Shown here piece after piece: positions 1 through 6,139 of a stretch of DNA of 10,819 nucleotides. Both the position numbers and the translations under genes were made by a program. Origin of the DNA: a bacterium. GTDB lineage: Bacteria > Muiribacteriota > UBA6191. Below the pieces are notes generated by a model that was not told the DNA's origin, did no database searches, and saw only the letters and a list, made by a program, of their open reading frames with translations. The DNA lies in contig JAYZAC010000165.1 of NCBI GenBank assembly GCA_036339875.1, positions 1-10,819 on the forward strand, written 5' to 3'. Position 1 is the first letter of the stretch. The number at the start of each line of letters is the position of its first letter.

Positions 1-1812
1 ATTGGTGGACGCTCAAATAGTGGTGAAGGTGGTGAAAATCCATACTATTTGACTGATGGAATTCATGCTAGCGTAAAGCAGGTGGCTAGTGCACGCTTTG
101 GAGTGACTGCGCAATACCTTGTCACTGGTAACGAAGTTCAGATTAAAATTGCTCAAGGAGCTAAACCAGGTGAGGGCGGACAATTAATGGGTGTGAAGGT
201 TAATCCTGATATTGCCACGGCTCGACATTCTAATCCAGGCGTTGATCTTATATCTCCTCCACCGCTGCATGACATTTATAGTATCGAGGATTTGAAACAG
301 CTGATCTATGAGCTTAAACAGTTAAAACCGGGAATGAAAGTTAATGTGAAGCTTGTTTCGGGCGCCAATATAGGTACGGTAGCAGTGGGTGTTGCGAAGG
401 CTGGGGCTGATGTTATTCATGTTTCTGGTGGAGAGGGTGGAACTGGAGCAGCTTCTTTGAGTTCTATGAAACACTGTGGATTACCGTGGGAGTTAGGTCT
501 GATTGAGGTTCATAAAGTACTTCTCGAAAATGGTTTAAGGGAGTCTGTTACTCTTCGTGTTGATGGAGGCCTGAGTTCTGGCGAGGACTTGCTGAAGGCA
601 ATCCTTTTGGGAGCCCAAGAATTTGAATTTGGAAAACTACTTTTGATTGCCGAGGGTTGCGTTATGGCTCGTATTTGTGAAAAGAATACTTGCCCAGTCG
701 GAATAGCAACTCATGACCCTAAATTTAAGGCTAAGTACAAGGGTAATTCTACAAAGATAATAAGGCTAATGAAGTTATTAGCAGAAGATTTACAGAGTCA
801 GTTATCTAATGCAGGGCTAACAAATATATCGGATGCTGTAGGTCGCACTGATCTACTAGAACCTAATCCTAAATATGCAGAAAAGATAGTCCAACGAGGT
901 TTAGATCTCGAAGCTTTATTTGGCTCAGAGCTAACTACTAGTAATTATAAACCTTTATTTGATGAAGAGCTGAGTGTCTGGAATCAAAAAAGTTTGAGTG
1001 CGGTAATTGATGCGGTAGATAATAACCGTGATGAAATATATGAGACTGTAATTAGATCTACTGATAGAGCTGCGTTAAGCACCGTTGCTGGTGAATTGGC
1101 AGCAAGAAAGCATTTGTCACATTTGAAAAAAGTGAATGGAGACGCCTTTAACTTTTATGATTCTGTTTTGCAGTTCAATTTGAAAGGTAGTGCGGGTCAA
1201 GGATTTGCCGTATTTCAAAATGAAGGAATGAACATTCGATTAGAGGGTGAAGCAAACGACTCTGTATGTAAGGGTATAAGTGGCGGCTTCACTGTAATCA
1301 CACCTCCTGCTGAAAGCAGATTAAATGCTGGAAATAACACAATAGTTGGCAATTGTGCTTTGTATGGTGCTACAGGTGGGAAGGTATATGTTCACGGAGT
1401 CGCTGGTGATCGATTTGCGGTCCGCAACAGTGGAGCAACCACGGTAGTGGAAGGTGTGGGACTGCATGCCTGCGAATACATGACTAACGGGACTGTCGTG
1501 ATTCTCGGTAGTGCTTTGCAGAATGTCGGAGCTGGAATGACGGGAGGAATAATTTATTCTTTCGAATCTTTGCATAAAGTGATCAATCAAAATTATCTAA
1601 TCCAAGATAAACTACTACCTGAAAACATGGAGTTCTTGCACCTTTTGCTAAAAGATTATCAGCAGCATACGGGCTCATTGAAAGCTCAAAAAATTCTAAA
1701 TAATTGGGGTCAGGCTATAAACACCTTAGAAGTGTACATTCCTAAGTTTGAATATCTACAGAGGGAGATTCTAGACGACTCTAAAGTAGAAAGATCTGAT
1801 CAAGCTGTGTAG
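1..1812 (+). CDS. gltB: Glutamate synthase large subunit, C-terminal part (FMN-binding, [3Fe-4S] and GXGXG beta-helix domains); 5'-truncated by the window edge
   Basis: Frame 1 is open from base 1 (IGGRSNSGEGGENP..., the conserved SNSGEGGE motif), so the TTG at 49 is not the real start. Other motifs: KQVASARFGVT, IKIAQGAKPGEGGQL, DLISPPPLHDIYSIEDLKQLI, the Cx5Cx4C [3Fe-4S] motif GCVMARICEKNTC (658-693), GSAGQGF, GNCALYGATGG, AGDRFAVRNSGA, ACEYMTNG and GAGMTGG. Stop TAG at 1810-1812. Confidence 0.97.
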   Translation: MGGRSNSGEGGENPYYLTDGIHASVKQVASARFGVTAQYLVTGNEVQIKIAQGAKPGEGGQLMGVKVNPDIATARHSNPGVDLISPPPLHDIYSIEDLKQLIYELKQLKPGMKVNVKLVSGANIGTVAVGVAKAGADVIHVSGGEGGTGAASLSSMKHCGLPWELGLIEVHKVLLENGLRESVTLRVDGGLSSGEDLLKAILLGAQEFEFGKLLLIAEGCVMARICEKNTCPVGIATHDPKFKAKYKGNSTKIIRLMKLLAEDLQSQLSNAGLTNISDAVGRTDLLEPNPKYAEKIVQRGLDLEALFGSELTTSNYKPLFDEELSVWNQKSLSAVIDAVDNNRDEIYETVIRSTDRAALSTVAGELAARKHLSHLKKVNGDAFNFYDSVLQFNLKGSAGQGFAVFQNEGMNIRLEGEANDSVCKGISGGFTVITPPAESRLNAGNNTIVGNCALYGATGGKVYVHGVAGDRFAVRNSGATTVVEGVGLHACEYMTNGTVVILGSALQNVGAGMTGGIIYSFESLHKVINQNYLIQDKLLPENMEFLHLLLKDYQQHTGSLKAQKILNNWGQAINTLEVYIPKFEYLQREILDDSKVERSDQAV

Positions 1813-1910
1813 AAGTATTTCTGACTAGTTCCGTTTGATCACCATAAAAATGATCTATATTACAACTGGATTTTAGGACATTTTCACGGTAGCTTAATGG
1901 CTGCACTTAC

Positions 1911-1917
1911 AAGGCGG
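1911..1917 (+). promoter_or_regulatory. Probable ribosome-binding site for argG
   Basis: AAGGCGG lies 6 nt upstream of the ATG at 1924. Confidence 0.55.
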
Positions 1918-1923
1918 TAAAAT

Positions 1924-3168
1924 ATGAGTGAAAAAGTTGTTTTAGCGTATTCTGGTGGCTTGGATACATCAGTAATTCTCAAATGGCTAATGGAAAAAGG
2001 GTACGAGGTTATTGCCTATATTGCCGATGTTGGTCAAAAAGAGGATTTTGAAAAAGCTCGAGTTAAGGCTTTAGAAATTGGTGCCAGTAAGGTATACGTG
2101 GAGGACCTCCGTGAGGAATTCGTATCTGATTATATTTATCCGGCATTTCGTGCTAATGCAATTTATGAAAGTCGATACCTTCTAGGCACTGCCATAGCGC
2201 GACCCATTATTGCAAAAAGACAAATTGAAATTGCCGAACTTGAAGGTGCGACTGCTGTGTCTCATGGGGCTACAGGTAAAGGAAATGATCAAGTTAGATT
2301 TGAGTTAGCATATTACGCATTAAAACCGAATGTTAAAGTGATAGCTCCATGGAAAGATAAAGAATTTCTTTCACAATTTAAGGGTCGTTCTGACATGTTA
2401 GATTATTCTGAACGCCATTCGATTCCACTGACTGTTTCTAGATCAAAACCATACAGTGAGGATGAGAATTTATTACATATTTCTCATGAAGCGGGGATTT
2501 TAGAGGATCCATCTCTAGAATGTGCCGAGGAGATTTATTCATGGACAAATAGTCCTGAAAATGCTCCTGATAAAGCTTGTAAAATAACTATTGAGTTTAA
2601 GGATGGCGATCCAATAAAAGTAATTAATCTCGATGATGGAACTGAGAAATCGGGTTCATTAGAATTATTTGAGTATCTTAATGAGCTAGGTAGTTTGCAT
2701 GGTATTGGTCGTCTCGACATGGTAGAAAATCGATTTGTAGGTATCAAAGCAAGAGGAGTCTATGAGACTCCGGGTGGTGCAATTTTACATATGGCCCATT
2801 TAGATATTGAAGGGATTGCAATGGATCGTGAGGTCATGAGGCTTCGAGATATGTTATCTGCAAAGGTTAGCGAGCTTATCTATTATGGGTTTTGGTTTAG
2901 TCCTGAGATGGATTTTCTGATGTCAGCGATATCACAGAGTCAGGAATATATCGATGGAAAAGTTACACTCAAATTATATAAAGGTAATGCATATCCTGTA
3001 GCTCGTGAAAGTAGTAGTTCTTTGTACGATCCTGATATTGTCTCCATGGATATTGAGGGCGGTTACGATCAAACTGATTCTGAAGGTTTCATTAAGGTTA
3101 ATGCTCTTAGGCTGATGGCACATCGTAGAATTATTCGACAAAAGTCAGAGGAAGATCCAAATGAGTAA
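1924..3168 (+). CDS. argG: Argininosuccinate synthase
   Basis: N-terminal PP-loop [12 protein letters not shown], then [57 protein letters not shown]. 414 aa, consistent with full length. Confidence 0.98.
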   Translation: MSEKVVLAYSGGLDTSVILKWLMEKGYEVIAYIADVGQKEDFEKARVKALEIGASKVYVEDLREEFVSDYIYPAFRANAIYESRYLLGTAIARPIIAKRQIEIAELEGATAVSHGATGKGNDQVRFELAYYALKPNVKVIAPWKDKEFLSQFKGRSDMLDYSERHSIPLTVSRSKPYSEDENLLHISHEAGILEDPSLECAEEIYSWTNSPENAPDKACKITIEFKDGDPIKVINLDDGTEKSGSLELFEYLNELGSLHGIGRLDMVENRFVGIKARGVYETPGGAILHMAHLDIEGIAMDREVMRLRDMLSAKVSELIYYGFWFSPEMDFLMSAISQSQEYIDGKVTLKLYKGNAYPVARESSSSLYDPDIVSMDIEGGYDQTDSEGFIKVNALRLMAHRRIIRQKSEEDPNE

Positions 3169-4537
3169 ATCAAACCCTATGTGGGGTGGTCGATTTGATT
3201 GTTCTCCTAATAAAATTATGGAGGATATCAATGCTTCCATATCTTTTGATAAACGTCTAGCGGAGCAGGATATAACTGCAAGTAAAGTTCATTGTTCTAT
3301 GTTAGCTAAACAGAATATTATTTCTCATGATGAAGCTACTAAAATTATTGAGGGCTTAGATTCTATTTCAGAAGAAATTACGAGCGGTAATTTCGTTTTT
3401 AAGAAAGAGCTAGAAGATATACATATGAATATCGAATCGAGGTTGAAGGAATTGATTGGTTCTGTTGCTGGAAAACTTCATACAGCTAGATCTCGAAATG
3501 ATCAAGTAGCTACAGATTTCAAATTATGGGTTAGAGATGCGATTGACTTGCTAATAAGTGACCTTGATGAATATAAAGAAGTCTTAATAAACAGAGCGGA
3601 ACAAGAAATTGAAACTATTATGCCAGGTTTTACGCACTTACAGAATGCTCAACCTGTAAGTTTAGGACATCATTTACTAGCTTATGTTGAAATGTTAGAG
3701 CGTGATAGATCTCGTCTGATAGATTGCCGGAAAAGGCTCAATCAGTGTCCACTCGGGTCAGCCGCCCTAGCAGGCACAATTTACCCCATCGATAGAAAAT
3801 TCTGTTCTGATGAGCTTGGTTTTGATGAGCCTACCAATAATTCGCTGGATGCGGTATCTGATCGTGATTTTGCTTTAGAGTTCTTGGCTTGTTTACAAAT
3901 ATACGGAATGCATCTCTCAAGATTGGCGGAGGAACTTGTAATTTGGAGTTCGTATCAATTTCAATTTATTCGATTAGGGGATGATTTTACGACGGGTTCT
4001 TCAATTATGCCTCAGAAGAAGAATCCGGACGCCGCCGAACTTATTAGAGCAAAGTCTGGAAGGATTTTAGCTTCATTCAATAGTTTAAGTGTCACAATGA
4101 AGTCACTCCCACTAGCGTACAGTAAGGATATGCAAGAAGATAAAGAAGTTGTTTTTGATGCATTTGATCAACTTTGTCTTTGTGTACGAGCAATCACAGG
4201 AATGTTGCGAGGGGTAAAATTTGATAGTCAAAATATGTTGGAGGCTGCTAAAGTTGGGTTTCCAACAGCGACTGATCTTGCCGACTATCTGGTTCAGAAA
4301 ATGAATATACCATTTCGAGAGGCTCATCACTGCGCTGCTAAGATAGTTCATATTGCAGAGCAAAATGAATTAACCCTTGAGGAGTTGAATATTTCGCAAA
4401 TGCGAGAAGTAGTACCTGAGATTGGCGAAGAAGTATTGTCGTTACTTTCCTTGCAGTCTTCGATGAGTAGAAGAGATAGTTTTGGTGGTACCTCTCCCAG
4501 ACAGGTAAGAAAGCAATTACAACGTTTACGTAAATAA
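3161..4537 (+). CDS. argH: Argininosuccinate lyase
   Basis: MWGGRF N-terminus, [44 protein letters not shown], fumarase/ASL signature [12 protein letters not shown] (~3995-4030), [19 protein letters not shown]. Overlaps argG by 8 nt (ATGAGTAA) and has a GAGGA RBS at 3148-3152. Confidence 0.98.
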   Translation: MSKSNPMWGGRFDCSPNKIMEDINASISFDKRLAEQDITASKVHCSMLAKQNIISHDEATKIIEGLDSISEEITSGNFVFKKELEDIHMNIESRLKELIGSVAGKLHTARSRNDQVATDFKLWVRDAIDLLISDLDEYKEVLINRAEQEIETIMPGFTHLQNAQPVSLGHHLLAYVEMLERDRSRLIDCRKRLNQCPLGSAALAGTIYPIDRKFCSDELGFDEPTNNSLDAVSDRDFALEFLACLQIYGMHLSRLAEELVIWSSYQFQFIRLGDDFTTGSSIMPQKKNPDAAELIRAKSGRILASFNSLSVTMKSLPLAYSKDMQEDKEVVFDAFDQLCLCVRAITGMLRGVKFDSQNMLEAAKVGFPTATDLADYLVQKMNIPFREAHHCAAKIVHIAEQNELTLEELNISQMREVVPEIGEEVLSLLSLQSSMSRRDSFGGTSPRQVRKQLQRLRK

Positions 4538-4619
4538 TTCTCTCAGTACTTTTTAATTCTTGAACCCATAACTAGTTTTAACCGATTAAGAACTTAGTAT
4601 TTGAGATAAAGGGCCAGTA

Positions 4620-5042
4620 TTGGTAAGTTCTGATAAAAATATTATATGTGTTAGCTGTGATCTCAAGTTAGATGATAGTCAATCGGAAAATTTATGGGTA
4701 GTTTTACGTAAAAATTTTCCCCATTCAGAATTCTTACAAATCAGTTTGAATGAGTTGCGCGACGTTGATTATGAAGTACAAAGTAAAAAATGGGATAGTG
4801 TAGTAGTACTATTTGGTGGATATAATATAAAAAGGTATTACAAGAATTGCTGGAAGCATTTGGTCTTCTTCAAAGGTTCATTATATGGTTTGAATATAGA
4901 AGGCAGGTTATTTGATCTACCTCGGCTGTATTGCATACAATCGATAATTCGATTTGAACTTAAGAAACTTGTTTTGGGTATTCTAGCTAACCTAAGCTTT
5001 CAACTATTTGTAGGTAAATCGAAATCTGGCGACATAAAATGA
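4620..5042 (+). CDS. Hypothetical protein (140 aa, TTG start)
   Basis: The ORF fills the gap between argH and the glycosyltransferase. Its TGA overlaps the next ATG (ATGA, 5039-5042), which is typical of translational coupling. An in-frame TGA at 4602-4604 limits how far it can extend upstream. No motif recognised. Confidence 0.6.
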   Translation: MVSSDKNIICVSCDLKLDDSQSENLWVVLRKNFPHSEFLQISLNELRDVDYEVQSKKWDSVVVLFGGYNIKRYYKNCWKHLVFFKGSLYGLNIEGRLFDLPRLYCIQSIIRFELKKLVLGILANLSFQLFVGKSKSGDIK

Positions 5043-6127
5043 AGTGGTTAGTTTTTGGTAGTCTGCAAGCTACAGATGTTCATATGGATTTATGTTTCAC
5101 ACACGAGTGTTTGACAGATTTTGTTAGCTCACGTGAATACAACGGTCTCGGTACATTTAGTTACGGATTACACTTGGCCGACCAAGATGTAGTTGAATAT
5201 CGTGCGATCCCGTTTGCTCAAATACCATGGAAAATTAGAAGAGCTTCATGCCAATGGCTGTTGGAATTAGAAAGACATCAGCCAAAGATGATGGAGGAGC
5301 GTGTTAATAGCCTAACTACCGATTTTTTAAGGTGGTTAAGTGGTCGTAATTTCGATGCTTTTTTTACTCGTGAATTATTTACATTTAGTCCTCCTCAGCT
5401 TGAAGAATTAAGTAGGCATTTTAAGGTAAGAGCTATTTGGTTGAGTTGGTCTCCCGGTAGAGCATTAGCATCAAATTATGCTGACTATTTGAAATACTTT
5501 ACTCATATTTATTTAATAGATCCAGATGGTGTTGAGTTACTTTTGAGGGAAGGTTTCAACGCATATTATCTTCCCTTAGGTATGAGTGATTTCTGTATTA
5601 ATTCAAAAATGATAAATAAACCTTATCCTATCGGTTTCATTGGAACTATTTATCCCAATAGAATGCAGCTGTTATGTTCATTTAATAGTAAACTATTAAA
5701 TTTTTGGGCCCCCAATTTTGAATCAGATACTTCTATTATGTACCCAGAGTTAACAGAGTCATACAGAGGACGAGTTTGGGGACAGTCTATGTTAACTACT
5801 ATGGGTCAGGTCGAGGTCCTGATAAATCCCGTACATCGTTCATATATGATGGGTAAAACTGATAATGTAACCAACTTCAGAAATTTCGAAAGTCTCGGAG
5901 AGTATACTTTTCAATTGAGTGAATTTAAGCCATCAATTCGCGAAATATTTGACGAAGATGAAGTAGCTACATATTCTGAAATAAATGAATTAAAGGATAA
6001 GGTTGATTATTTTTTGGGACATCCTGAGGAGCGACAGAAAATGGTGTTAAAAGCTAGAGATAAAGTTTTATCGGGGCACCTATATTCTCATCGAATGAAA
6101 GCAATTGTGGATAGCATTAATTTCTAG
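5039..6127 (+). CDS. GT-B glycosyltransferase, CgeB/YkvP-like (Glyco_trans_1_2-type C-terminal domain)
   Basis: The C-terminal half fits the family pattern: IGFIGTIYPNR, VLIN, NFRNFE, FQLSE...IREIF...E VATYSEINELKDKVDYFLGHPEERQKM...VLSGHLYSHRM (N.R.FE ... EL..KI.Y.L.HP..R ... HTY..R). The middle region (YFTHIYLIDPDGVELL...NAYYLPLG) is also typical. Confidence 0.82.
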   Translation: MKWLVFGSLQATDVHMDLCFTHECLTDFVSSREYNGLGTFSYGLHLADQDVVEYRAIPFAQIPWKIRRASCQWLLELERHQPKMMEERVNSLTTDFLRWLSGRNFDAFFTRELFTFSPPQLEELSRHFKVRAIWLSWSPGRALASNYADYLKYFTHIYLIDPDGVELLLREGFNAYYLPLGMSDFCINSKMINKPYPIGFIGTIYPNRMQLLCSFNSKLLNFWAPNFESDTSIMYPELTESYRGRVWGQSMLTTMGQVEVLINPVHRSYMMGKTDNVTNFRNFESLGEYTFQLSEFKPSIREIFDEDEVATYSEINELKDKVDYFLGHPEERQKMVLKARDKVLSGHLYSHRMKAIVDSINF

Positions 6128-6139
6128 CTTAGGATGTGA

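Noticed and set aside
49..51. TTG at 49 as the start of a 587-aa protein
   Set aside because: The frame is open from base 1 and contains the conserved SNSGEGGE motif, so the gene begins upstream of the window.
1321..1590. 89-aa minus-strand ORF
   Set aside because: Lies wholly antisense to the conserved gltB GXGXG domain and has no motif; a shadow ORF.
1824..1830. ACTAGTT present in both intergenic regions (1824-1830 and 4571-4577)
   Set aside because: Only 7 nt with dissimilar flanks; too short to call a shared operator.
1835..1861. Possible sigma70 promoter TTGATC-N15-TATATT before argG, and a search for ARG boxes
   Set aside because: The 15-nt spacer is suboptimal and such matches are common in AT-rich DNA. 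I found no convincing ArgR box (TGAATA..NATTCA-like).
2535..2747. 70-aa minus-strand ORF
   Set aside because: Antisense to argG, Ser-rich, no recognisable motif.
4112..4363. 83-aa minus-strand ORF
   Set aside because: Antisense to a conserved part of argH, with no supporting signals.
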